From contig NC_086097.1 of assembly GCF_963921235.1 (NCBI RefSeq), forward strand, positions 181,786,001 to 181,850,000: DNA of 64,000 nt, given 5' to 3'. Below, in pieces: positions 37,302 through 49,147 of the stretch. Positions within the stretch are counted from its first letter, which is position 1. Every line of letters starts with the position of its first letter. Below the pieces are notes generated by a model, which worked only from the letters and a program-made list of their open reading frames with translations, made no database searches and was not told the DNA's origin. The translations under genes and the position numbers were made by a program. Source of the stretch: Mobula hypostoma (Eukaryota).

Positions 37302-37874
37302 CTCTCAATCCTTCAGTACTGCATTTCTTGGAATTTTACCATAAATAATTTATTCCTTTGCTTTGATTTTCCACTAAAATGCATGAGCTTACTCTTCTCA
37401 GATGGCATTCGTTTTGCATTTCTTTTGTTTATCTGACCATAACCATTCCTGCTGTCCTGAACTTTTTCTCACAAGCAAATGTTTATATCATTTACAAATT
37501 TCCAAATCATGTCTCTATACTTAAGTCTTATTATTGATATAATCATTAAACAGCACTGAGCAGGACAAGGCCCCCTTATTTACCCTGCTATTGAATATGA
37601 CCATGGTGAATATGTCCCAGGTTTTTTCTGTACCAGTTCCCCACTTCCATGATCTTTCAAGAATTTAGCTACAACCTCTGCAGATACATCCCAGCTTCTG
37701 CTTCAAGTAGAGAATGCCAGAGATTCATCATCTGTGCTGAGAAATTACAATGTATCTCAGTTTTAAATAACTACTCTGTAGTCTTGTAATCCTGTTCTCT
37801 CAACTGCAACTATTCTTGGTGGAAGCATCTCGACATCTACCGATCATGTTCCCTAAAGATCCTTAGTTTCAAAG

Positions 37875-40710
37875 GGGTGATGCAGTGACACATCAGTAAA
37901 GTTATTGCCTCGCAATTACAGACCAAGTTCAATCCAGACCAGTTTCTGTGCACTTTGCACATTCTTCCTGTGACCTCCTGGTGCTCCAATTTATTCTCAC
38001 ATCTCAAAGATGTGCGTTTTGAGCAGGCAAGCAAAGTTCCTAAAGACCTATTCCCCCCTCCCCCCAACCTTCGGCTGGCTCTGTCCCTTAGTGGCAGAAA
38101 TCAGAATCTGCTTTCTCAAAGTGGCTGGGCCAGATAGAGTCCCTGAATGGGTTTTGAAATCAAACACTAACCAACTGGCCACTGTCTTTGCTCTCATTTT
38201 CAAGCTCTAAATTGAATAGTCTACTGCTCCCATTATTCCAGTCCCTCAGAAAATTAAAAGTGTTGGTAATCGCCCACATCAGCGCCAACCTCACAGACAA
38301 ACTAGATTCTTTGTAATTTACATACAAAAAAAATAGGTCTGAGGAGAATGCCATTTCTTGCATTATGTTCAGCTCTGCATCACCTTGACAGTAAGAATAC
38401 GTACGTTAGGATGCTATTTGTTAACGAAAGCTCAGCCTTCAACACCATGAAACCTGATAAGCTTAACTCTAAACTCTTGGACCTTGCCCTTGGGGGAGGG
38501 GCCTTCATCCATAATTGGCTTCTTGAATCTCCCTGTACTACTTGTGTGGCCAGATCCAGTGCCAACTTGATCTTTTAAGTGCACTGTTATAGGTTAGATC
38601 AACAACAGTGTTGAGACAGAGTACGGGGAAAAGAAAATGAGCTTTATGTCTTGCTGTAAGAACAACAACCTTGCCCTTATCATCAGCAAGTTGAAAGAGC
38701 TGATTGTTTCTTGGACTGCACCAACAACTTCATCTGATCAAGAAAGTGCATTATGTTCAGTGAAAATAGTGCAGGATGGCACCGGTGAACCATGGTGATG
38801 TTCTACGGGCAATGCACAATATTTCTAAATTATACCTCTTTTGCATCCGAATGTGTATTTAGGTGCCTGAGATGATTCAGCATGTCCATGAGGATTCTCT
38901 TGAACTTGTACAGATGTGTTATAGAAAATATATTGATGGGTTTTGTCCTAGGCTGGTTTGGCAACTGTTCTGCTCTGGACCGATGAGACACCCTGCTTGG
39001 GTGTCTGCAGAAGGACTTAGATTGGGAGAATGGATAAAGGAGTGGTAGATGGATTATATATTTTTTAATTGATTTGACCTTATTACTTACATCCTTAGTA
39101 TACATGAGTAAAAATCTTTACATTACGTCTCTGTCTAAATGTGCAATGTGCAATTTATAGCAATTTTTAATAAATAGTATGTACAACAGGACACTTACAA
39201 GATGGTTAAATATCAACAGTCAATATAATGTAGAAATACAGTTGTGTCTCATGAATTAATCAGTCTGATGGCCTGGTGGAAGAAGCTGTCCCAGAGTCTG
39301 TTGGTCCTGGCTTTTATGCTGTGGTACCGTTTCCCAGATGTGAATGTTCATGCACTTTGGTAGAAGGAATAAAGGTGGAGACCAGTTTCTAAATGGGAAG
39401 AAAATTCAAAAACATGAAATGCAGAGGAACTTGGGGAGTACTCGTGCAGGGTTCCCTAAAGGTTACTTTGCAGGTTGAGTCATTCATAAGGAAGGTAAAT
39501 ACAATGTTAGCATTCATTTTGAGAGAAATAGAATATTAAAACAAGGATGTAAGACTGAGGCTTTATAAGGCATTGGTCAAACCACACTTGGAGTATTGTG
39601 AGCAGTTTTCAGCCCTTATCTTAGAACAGATGTACTGGTGTTGTAGAAAGTCTGGCAGAGGTTCATATGAATGATCCAGGAATGAAAGGGTTAATGTAGG
39701 AGGAGGTTTTGATGGTTCTGGGCCTGCACTCAATGGAGTTCAGAAGAACGAGGAGGGATTTCAATGAAACCCATTAAATATTGAAAGGCTTAGATAGAGT
39801 AGATGTGGAGAGGATGTTTCCTTTATTGGGGGAGTTTAGGACCAGAGGGCACAATCTCAGAAAAGAGAAACATCTATTTAGAGCAGAGATGAGGAGGACT
39901 TTCTTTTGCCAGAGGATGGTGAGTCTGTGGAATTCATTGCCACAGGCAGCTTTGTAGGCCAGGTCATTGCGTATATTTAAGGTGGGAGTTGATAGGTTCT
40001 TGATTAATCAGGGAGTCAAAGGTTTCAGAGTGAAGGCAGGAGAATGGGCTTGACAGGAATAGTCATGGTGGAGCAGACTTGGTGAGCTAAATAGCCTGGT
40101 TCTGCTCCTTCATTTTATGGTCTTTTTGTATTATGGACCTGCAGACAGTGGTAAATACTGTCCAGTCCATCACAGGCACATAAGTCCCCATGCATTTGAT
40201 TCATCTTCGTGGTTTGTTGCATCAGCGAGATGTATTATGAAGGATTTCTTTCATCATGGCCATTGTTTTTACTACCAGCTGGGAAAAGATACAGGAGCTT
40301 GAAAGCATAAATGACCAGACGTGAACAGATCCTTCCCCACTGTTATCAGACTCCTGAATCAGTCCCCTTGTTCACATCTCTGTCCTGGTGGTTCTGCCAT
40401 GTTCTCTGACTCCTAACTCTACCTGTCTCAGTTATTCCATTATTGTCACTTCAGCATTTGTTTTTGCAGTATCTAAGACTGCACCACTGTCTCTGCACCA
40501 TTCTGCTATTTTGTGTTTGTCACTGTATTCAATGTAGTTATTATCACTGTTTACACCATAAACTTCGCACAGGCAAGGAATTTCATTGCACTCTAGTGTT
40601 TATGACAAAAAACAAACCTGAATCAGGCTGGTGGTTAATTGACCTCTGTAAATTTCCTCTCCTGTGTAGGTGGTAGAAAGTTGAGTAGTTGATGAGAATG
40701 CAGGATGAAT
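37875..40710 (+). mobile_element. Nested stack: V-SINE split by a Rex1 copy (about 38020-40622), itself holding a Rex1 3' piece (about 39050-39340 -) and a CR1 (about 39342-40130 +)
   Basis: SINE body stops at ..CAAAGATGTGCG (about 38016) and resumes GGTGGTTAATTGACCTCTGTAAATT (about 40629); Rex1 motifs HLDSKNTYVRMLFV..SSAFNT; CR1 motif LYKALVKPHLEYC. Confidence 0.7.
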
Positions 40711-41289
40711 GTAAGTGTAATCTAAGTTGATGTTTGTGTAATAATACTGACTAATGTATAAAATACTTTCGGCATAACTAAGAAATTACTGGGTCTATCT
40801 TTTGGAATTCCTTTTGTAATTCAGTACAAGTAATGCAGCAGTTCAGTAAGGCAGCTCACTACCAGGAATAGACAGTTACCTGCTGGCCTTGCCAGTGATG
40901 TCCAGATCCTGAAAAATTAATGAATCGACTAAATGGTTGATTTGCTCTGCTGCTCACTTAGACTTTGCATTCTGCAATATTGCATCCAACATTCACTCAG
41001 CTTCCTTCACCTAACCCAACAAAGTGACTCGCAGTCAATGATTCAGGAATATCTTCTTTCCCTTTGCTATCAGATTCCTCAGCGGCTCCTGAAACCCATG
41101 AACACTACTTCATTATTCCATTTTTGCATTATTTATGTATGAAATTTATATCCTTCACTGTACTCCTGCCACAAAAGACCAAATTTAATGACAGAAAAGT
41201 CAATGATAATAAATCTGATTCTGTTTAAATTCAGAGCAAATGTTTGTAATGCTGATTTTCTGTAATGTTGAACCCAGCAGAGAATATGA

Positions 41290-41426
41290 GACAACAAACA
41301 ACACTTCCTTACTAACTGTTCCTTCAGTTAGTCCTGACGAAGGGTCTCGGCCTGAAACGTCGACTGTACCTCTTCCTAGAGATGCTGCCTGGCCTGCTGC
41401 GTTCACCAGCAACTTTGATGTGTGTT
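41290..41426 (+). mobile_element. Penelope terminal-repeat insertion
   Basis: Same family as 2328 and 21019; perfect 13-bp TSD GCAGAGAATATGA (41277-41289, 41427-41439). Confidence 0.85.
41330..41365 (+). ncRNA. Minimal type I hammerhead ribozyme motif
   Basis: Stem I AGTC (41330-33) / GACT (41362-65); core CTGACGA (41334-40); stem II AGG/CCT; GAAA (41354-57); palindromic ACGT stem III; GUC cleavage triplet ending at 41361. Confidence 0.75.
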
Positions 41427-42067
41427 GCAGAGAATATGAAAGGCTGTATCGTACCTCATCAGGCAAAGAGATCTGACTGCCGTCTTGCATTGAGTTTCAT
41501 TTGAATTACATTGGCCAAAAGGGGTGGGGTTAGACTAGAAGAGGGACCAAGAATTGATTAGTAATTGGACACACGAAGTCAGTGGAAATATTTTGCAAAG
41601 CACTTGTCGCTCCTCAGTAAATGAAACATTTTGTTTCTCCACTGTATTTGCTGTGCATGAAATCACATCAGAAAACATATTATGTCAATTATTTGTGTTC
41701 ATTAAACTTAACGGGAGTTGCACACATGATTTGAAGCAAGATTCTCCAATTCCTGCAGGCTTCTGTGGTGGTAGTGGTAGACGATAATTTCAGGAAGCAG
41801 CTGTTGTGACCATGGTGAGTTGCAGCTGTTGTTTTCATTTCCATCTCCTTGGTATTTCATGCTGACTCTGGACATTACCCACAAGATTTGAAAAAAATGT
41901 ATTTGAAGGAAAATATTTTGAGACTTGCAGCTGATGTACTTTTTATTATTATAGTTAAGTTGTCACACTGACTTTCATTTCACAAGAGCAGCCTTTTTCC
42001 TTTGGATAGTGCTACTTGTGTGCATGAGCTTAGTGCATTTTTAGTGTTGGGTGTTGATTCTGTTTGA

Positions 42068-42520
42068 AAGACCGTAAGATTATGGAGCAGAATTAGCCAT
42101 TCAGCCCATCGAGTTTGCTTCGCCATTTCAACATGGCTGATCCAATTTTCCTCTCAGCCCCAGAATCCTGCCTTCTCCCCATATCCCTTCATGCCCTGAC
42201 CTAACAAGAATCTATCAACTTTTGCCTGAAATATTCAAAAAGACTTCGCCTCCACAGCTGTCTGTGGCAAAGAATTCCACAGATTCAGCACTCTCTGGCT
42301 AAGGAAATTCCTCCTCATCTCTGTTCTAAAAGGACACCCCTCTATTCTGAGGCTGTCCCCCCTGGTCTTAGATTCTCTCACCATAGGAAATATCTTATCC
42401 ACGTTCACTCCAGCAAGGCCTTTCACCATTTGATAGGTTTCAAAGAGGTCACCCCTAATTCTTCTGAATTCCAGTGAATACAGGCCTAAAGCTATCAAAC
42501 ATGCTTCATGTGACAAGAAA
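42068..42520 (-). mobile_element. CR1 3' fragment
   Basis: LGLYSLEFRRIRGDLFETY..RRNFLSQRVLNLWNSLP. Confidence 0.85.
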
Positions 42521-42829
42521 GTAATGTCTTTTTACAACGGTATTGAACCCCCGACCCTGCATCGCCTGAGAACCAACCTGCTGGAATTAATTTATGTCTT
42601 AACTACCAAAGTAAAGCTGCTTTCTCAGAGTCAAGTGTTTTCATTTGTACAGATAATAGTATTATCTTGATATGTAAGATTACTATTTTATTAGCTATCC
42701 TGTGGTTTTGATTCGCTCCATCTCTCTCAGGATTTACTTCCTGACTGTCCTATTACTTTTAACTTTCTTTTACTACTCAAGGGCCCAAGTGCAATTTTCT
42801 CATACAGATTTCAATTCAGCATGTTATAC

Positions 42830-43530
42830 TTGAGTTTTAATGAAGGGTAGTGGCCGAAACGTCAACTGTTTATTCCCCTCCTGAGTTGCTGCCTGACTTG
42901 TTCAGTTCATCTAACATCTGTAGAATCTCTTGTTATACTTTTTGCAGGTTGAGTAGCATTTATGGAGGCAGAAGGATGGTCAGCATTTTGGGGTCGAGAC
43001 TGAGTGTATAGACACCAGTAATGAGGTGAGAGGGAGGGTTGAAGCAGGTGCTGGCAGGTGGTGGAATTTGCTGGTGGATAATTTGTAGAGATAGATAAGA
43101 GGAGAGAGAATAGAGGCCAACATCGAGTGAGATGGGGAGAGGAGAGGATGGAGGTTGTGACAGAGGCTGGAAGGTGATGTGGAGCCACAAGAGGCTGCAG
43201 ATGCTGGAAACGAGAGTAAGGAAGGTGGTAAGTGGAACAAATAAGGAATGGATGATGGCAAGATGGAGGAGTGCTGAAGAGATCCAGTAAGTGAAGTGTG
43301 TGGGTGATAGATGGAACCAGGTGGGTGAAGGGAATTAAACTGGGGGAGGAGTGGGGCTCAGAGAGTAGAGTTTGGGGAGAAAGAGGGTTAAGAACCTCAG
43401 TGGATTGGGAGAGAGAAAGGAACAGGGATATTGAGTACCTGAAATTGGTGGGGGGGGGGTGGGAATTGTACCATTGGGCTGGAGAATACTCAAGCAGAAT
43501 ATTGCTCTTCTAGTTTTTATTTGGCCTTGT
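42830..43530 (-). mobile_element. Penelope-like element 3' end (GIY-YIG C-terminus, UTR, inverted terminal repeat)
   Basis: Minus strand near 43470-43520 reads KLEEQ..IFCLSILQPNG (cf. Penelope LEEQHLIFRLGxLQPxG); CT-rich UTR; + strand terminal copy with decayed hammerhead TTAATGAAGGG..GCCGAAACGTCAACT at about 42833-42868. Confidence 0.65.
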
Positions 43531-43896
43531 TAGTAATGGATTTGGGTGAAGTATATGTTTGACACAGCATTGTGGGCCGAAGGATCTGTATTGCGCTGTA
43601 GGTTTTCTTTGTTTCTAAGAACAAATGGGTTGGTGTAGGAATGAAGAGGAGTGTTGACATGATGTATCACTGGGAGTGCAGGATGGCTGTCATGGTCAGA
43701 AACCCGGTATTCTGTAAAGTGATCACATGGTCTTTGTATGGGCTCATAAGTGCAGTCAAGGACTTGCTTGAGAGCACTGCGTGCAGTAAAAGATTGGAGG
43801 AAGTGCGTGTGAACCATGTGAGTTGAGGGGTATATGGAGATGGCATAGAATAGTACAGCACAGGACCACAATGTTGTGCCGAACTAATTAAACTAA

Positions 43897-44670
43897 CCTA
43901 TATACAAAACTCTCATGCTCTGTCTGTCTGTTTGTGACCTCCAATTAGCGCAAACGGTGCATTACAGCGGCACTTTTTTTGGCTAAATCGAATTAAAATG
44001 CGCTAACTTACAGAATGCAGGCAAAGTTCAGGGTTATATATTCATATAAAATTGCTCATTTGCCAAAATAAACCTGAGACCCGATCTGCCATCATGGAAA
44101 TCGGGACGTGATAGCCTGACGCATGCGCACAGCCAGCCTCAGCAGCGACACCTACCAGAGCAAAAGGGCAGGGCAACTCTATTTCTAAGGGTCACATTCT
44201 GCTAATCACCACCATCAGGATTGGGACAGATCTAACTGCCACCCATCAATAAGAGATAATTAAATCTTACTGTAATGACATACTTCGAGACATCCATAAA
44301 ACCCTTCGCTGCAGTCAAAGGACAGCGGTGACTATATCACATCCATTTAGGAGAGCGCCAACCACATCATCAAGAATAATCAGCATCCTTTGGTGTTAGT
44401 GCTTCGTATCTTCTATCCAGCATCAGGATAAAAAAAAAAATGGTCAGCCTAATCATGCCACGCGGAAAGGGGAGGGGGACATTATGGTCAAGAGATGACG
44501 ACAAATGTCGGCGGGAGCGGCAAGGAGAGGGAGAGAACAGGAATCGCATGAGGCCAGGGCCGCACGACTCCAGGATCAAAGAGTCAGGACAAAAAAAGAT
44601 GAGAGAAGAAGAGTTTAAAATGCTTGGTTTTATCATTTTTAAGTACTTTTGTAGATTTCATCAACGAAAT
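43897..44670 (+). mobile_element. Probable non-autonomous Helitron (5' part)
   Basis: Begins A|CCTATATACAAAACTCTCATGCTCTGTCTGTCTG, a Helitron-like 5' end with TC read as CC; no TSD; frameshifted MPRGKGRG..AARRGREQESHEARAARLQDQRVR resembles RepHel N-terminal charged repeats; no CTAG 3' end seen. Confidence 0.55.
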
Positions 44671-46443
44671 ACTGCCAGATATGGTTGGTGGGGGGGCGAG
44701 TTTGGCCTGTGAACTGGAACATTGCCAACATTGTCCCTTTGGTCAATAAAAGGATGTAGAGTTAGATATTGCAACCACAGGCAAGTTCTGGAAAAAGATA
44801 ATCAGAGGGAAAATTGGCAGTCACTGGATTTACTTAGAGTAGGCTGCTTGAATCCAGAGCAAACAAATCAGTTCTTTTAACTTGGTCAAGAGTTGTCTGT
44901 ACAGCATGAAAGTAGTCCCTTCAGCCCAATTTGTCCATGCTGACGAAGGTGATTTCCTCAGCTAGTTTCATTTGCTTGCATTTGTATCCCTTTCAAACTC
45001 TTCTATCAATGTTCCAGTCTATATATCTTTCAGTGTAACTTTTGCTACCTGTACTACTTAACGCATACATACATATACACAAATGTGTTTGATAATGTGG
45101 CAGTTAATAGATTGAGGTTATGAATAAATGTCTTTGGATAGGTAACACGGGGAATAGTTTCCCAATCTGCAAAAGACACGAGTCCTGGTGGTGCAGTAGA
45201 CAGGGATGAGATTTAATGATCTTCAAGGGGATGTAGAAAGGCTGATGGAACTGGTGGGTATGTGGCTGATGAAGTGTAATTGTGAGAATGTTTTTTTTTG
45301 TCAGGAGAATGAGAAGAGGCATTGTAAACTTAGGGGATAGTTTTAATAGGAGTTTACAGAGTAGAGATATCTGGGGCTTAATGTCTTATTTGAAAGTGGC
45401 AGAATAGAGGAAGTGGATAAAACAGCAAATGGTATCTCAGGGGACCCCCTCCCCCCCAAGATGACTTGGCTGGTTCCAAGGTCAGTCTAATTATTGGTTC
45501 TGCCAATAATTCGGAGGCCTTGAAAAGTAAGTAAATTAAAAAAAAACCCTGGCTGTTAATATTTTGAGAATTGAAGGCAAGACATCTGTGATATTTTAGT
45601 GCTCACTGTTGATCTGGACAAGGTGTGCCTCCTTGAACTGCAGCATTCCTTCAGGTGAAGGTATCCTAACAGTGGTGTGGGGGACACAGTTTCAGGATCT
45701 AGTCCGTGCAACAGTGGAAGAATAGAAAATATATTGCCACACCAAGAAAGAGTCAGTGTTGGAGGGAAGTCTGCTGGTAGTGTTTTCATGCTCCTGAAAC
45801 CTTTGTCCTTTTGTGGAGAGATGTGCTGACATATAAGCTGAGACAAGTAAATTGTGGATATTTAGGCTGGTGGCTTAGCTGTTTGTCTAAGCTGCTGTGA
45901 AGATTGCTGAGAATCGTTGGAGTTGTATTTATCCATGCAAGTTATGCTCTCACACTCATGGAAGTGTACAGCCTTACTAGTCTAAAGCAGACTGTGATAC
46001 TTAACCATGCTGATGCCTAATGTCCATATCTCTGTGCCTTTCATTCATGTATCTGTCCAAGTGCTTTTGAACATTGTAATTGTATCTGCCTCTAACACCA
46101 CTTCTGGCAGTTCATTTCAGATATTCTGTATCTCCTGTGTGATCCTCTGACAGTTCCTGAAACTTGTCCCTCAGATTTCCTTTAAATATGTGCCCTCCAG
46201 ATTTTGACTCCTCTTTACTGGGAAAAAGACTCTGACTGCCTATCTTTTCTATGCCACTCGATCTCCTGCATTTTAGTGTGGGGGAAAAAATCAACCTATC
46301 CAATCGCTTGTAATGATAGCCCTCCATTCCAGGCAATATCCTGAATCAGAATCAGGTTTAATGTCCTTGGTATATGTCATGAAATATGTTGCTTTGTGGC
46401 AGCAGTACATTGCAATACATAATTTAAAAAAACATGAACCCCT

Positions 46444-46972
46444 ACAAGACTCTGGTTAATTGGACTATCGCTTAGTTGAAGCAGCCACTCATTTGGGACA
46501 GCACTTACTTAAAGAACAAAAACTAATTGAGAAAATAGCCAGAATTCCCTTTTATTTGGGACACAATGCTGCTTAATTGGAACAGGAGACTGTTGTGGAA
46601 GTTTCTTCCATGTGTCAGTCGCTTGCAATTGTGTGGAAGTTAAACACTACACCATGCTAAGAGTGAACAGTTTTGAAATAGCACGAGTTGCACGTGTTTG
46701 TGTTCAAAAGGAAGTATTTGTCACTGATAGTTGGCGAGAAATAAGCAGTGAGACAATTCGGAAATGTTTTACTTACTGTGGTTTCAAGCATTAAGGCTTG
46801 GAGATGGCCAGGAGTGAAAATGAAAAGATTTCACTCCTTCAAGTTAAGAACTACAAACAATTTGAAGGTATCGACAATCATCCAACTTCAATCATGAAAC
46901 CTCAGCTAATTGGGGAAGCCGCTTGATTGGGCCAAAATGTACTGGATTCAGTGTATCACAAATAACTGGAAT
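46444..46972 (+). mobile_element. Short Tigger/pogo-type remnant
   Basis: Decayed TIRs (CTCTGGTTAATTGGAC / AATAACTGGAAT) and the peptide DSWREISSETIRKCFTYCGF typical of pogo/Tigger transposases. Confidence 0.6.
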
Positions 46973-47977
46973 TAAAAAAAAAATAGTAGTGCAGAAAGAG
47001 AGCAAAAAAAAGAAATACATGGGTTGATAGTCCATTCATAATTCTGATGACGGTGGGAAAGAAGATGTTCCTGAACATTTGAGTGTGCGTTTTCAGGCTT
47101 CTGTACCACCACTTTGATGGTAGCAATGAGAAGAAGCAATGTCTTGGGTGATGGAGTCCTTAATGATGCTTGGCACCTTTTTTGAGGCTCGTCTTTTGAA
47201 GATGTTCTTGTGCTGGGGAGGCTAGCATCCATGATGGAGCTGGCTGAATTTGTAACTTTCTGCAGTTTTTTCCGATCTTGTGCAGTAGCCCCTCCATACC
47301 AAATGGTGATGCAATGTTAGAGTGCTCTCCATGGTGAAATTTGCAGAAAAGTGCAGAAATTTGTGAGAGTCTTTGGTGATGTACCAAATCCTAATGAAAT
47401 ATAGCTGCTATTGTGCCTTCTTTATAATTGCATCAATATGTTGGGCCCAAGATAGATCTTCAGAGATGACACCCAGGAGCTTGAAGCTGTTTACCTTTTC
47501 CACTGTTTATCCCTCAATGAGGATTGGTTTGTGTTCCCTCAACTACCCCTTCCTGAAGTCCACCATCAATTCCTTGGTCACTGATGTTCAGTGCAAGGTT
47601 GTTTTGACACCACTCAACCTGCTGATCTCTTTCCTGTATGCCTCCTTGTCGTCTTCTGAAATTCTGCCAACAGTAGTTGTGTCAATATAAGTATTTGGTG
47701 TTTGAACTGTGTCTAGCCATACAGTCGTAGGTGTAAAAAGTAGAGCAGTGGGCTAAACACACCTTCAGCTGCGCCAGTGTTGATCGTCAGTGAGGAAGAG
47801 ATGTTATTTCCGATCTGCACAGACTGTGTTCTCCCAATGGGGAACCTTTGAAGTGAAGGATCCAGTTGCAGAGGGAGGTATAGAGGCCCATGTCTTGGAA
47901 CTTGTTGATTAGTACAGAGGGTATGATGGTGTTGAATGCTGAGCTGTAATCAATGAACAACACCTTGATTGTTGGTA

Positions 47978-49147
47978 CTAGTGGCCTCCGTTTTCCGAAC
48001 GTTTGCTTTACGACACCTCGCTGTTACGAAATACCTACATTAGTTACCTGTTTTCGCTAACAGAAGGTGTTTTCACTGTTATGAAAAAAGGCAGCACGCG
48101 CCTGAACAGCCAAGCTCCTCCCCCGGAACTGCATTCTAGCCGCCATAGCTCAAACACGTGCTTTATCTCGATTTATTTTGTGCATCCGTTAGCAAGATGA
48201 GTTCTGAGGTATCGGAAAAGCCTAAAAGAGCTTGTAATGGTGTTACACTTAACGTAAAACAAGACATAATTAAGCGTTTCGATCATGGTGAACCAAGTAA
48301 GGACATTGTTTGCGCTTTGAACTTGCCTGCGTCCACCATTCGCACTATTTAAACGCAGAGAGAAAGAATTTTGAAAGCTGCCGATGTTATTGTTGGTTCT
48401 GCTCGTAGCAAAGTGATCTCTCTTAGTCGGCATCCAATAATGGATAAAATGGAAAAGTCTATTGCTTGAGTGGATTGATAGGTGTACAAAGCGTGGTGTT
48501 CCGTTAAGTTTTCTTATACTTAAGGAGAAATCAGTCAGTCTTTTTAAAAAGCTGAAACAGAAAGCACTAGATGATGGTGATGAAAGTCGAATTTAAAGGT
48601 AGTCATGGGTGGTTTGATCGGTTTTTGAGGCGAGGGCAGCTTCATAGTTTAACGTTTACTGGAGAGAGTGCTTTGGCTGATACTGAAGCTGCCGATAAGT
48701 TCCCAGCAGAACTGAAGAAATAATTACAGAAAGTGGTTATTCGTATAAGCAAGTGTTTAACTGTGACGAAACTGCAATTTATTGGAAAAAATTGCTGAGC
48801 AAGGTATTTATTTTGATAGAAGAAAAGCAGGCTAAGGGACGCAAGGCATCGAAGGGCAGGTTTACCCTAATGCCTATTATTAACGCCACTGATGATGTTG
48901 TCCTTAAGCCTCTACTAGTGTACCATTCAGAAAATCCGAGGGCACTTAAAGGCGTTGATAAGAAAACACTTCCTGTTGTGTTCCGTTCACATCCAAGTGG
49001 TTGGAATACCTAAGTGCTTTTTTCTGAGTACATGAGTGGATACGTTAGTCCTTTTGTTGAAAAATACTGTGGAGAAAATAACCTCGATAATAGGTGTCTT
49101 GTGATTGTCAATAATTGTGCTGCTCATCCACCTGGCATTACCGAGTC
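47978..49147 (+). mobile_element. Tigger/pogo element, 5' half (HTH and DDE), 3'-truncated
   Basis: 5' end shared with the 35614 end (CGCTGTTACGAAATACCTACATTAG..AACAGAAGGTGTTTTCACTGTT); LNLPASTIRTI, FKGSHGWFDRF, FNCDETAIYWKK, KPLLVYHSENPRALK, LVIVNNCAAHP. Confidence 0.9.

Noticed and set aside
48197..49147. TIGD1-like domesticated gene
   Set aside because: Multiple stops and frameshifts, a TIR upstream and a truncated 3' end.
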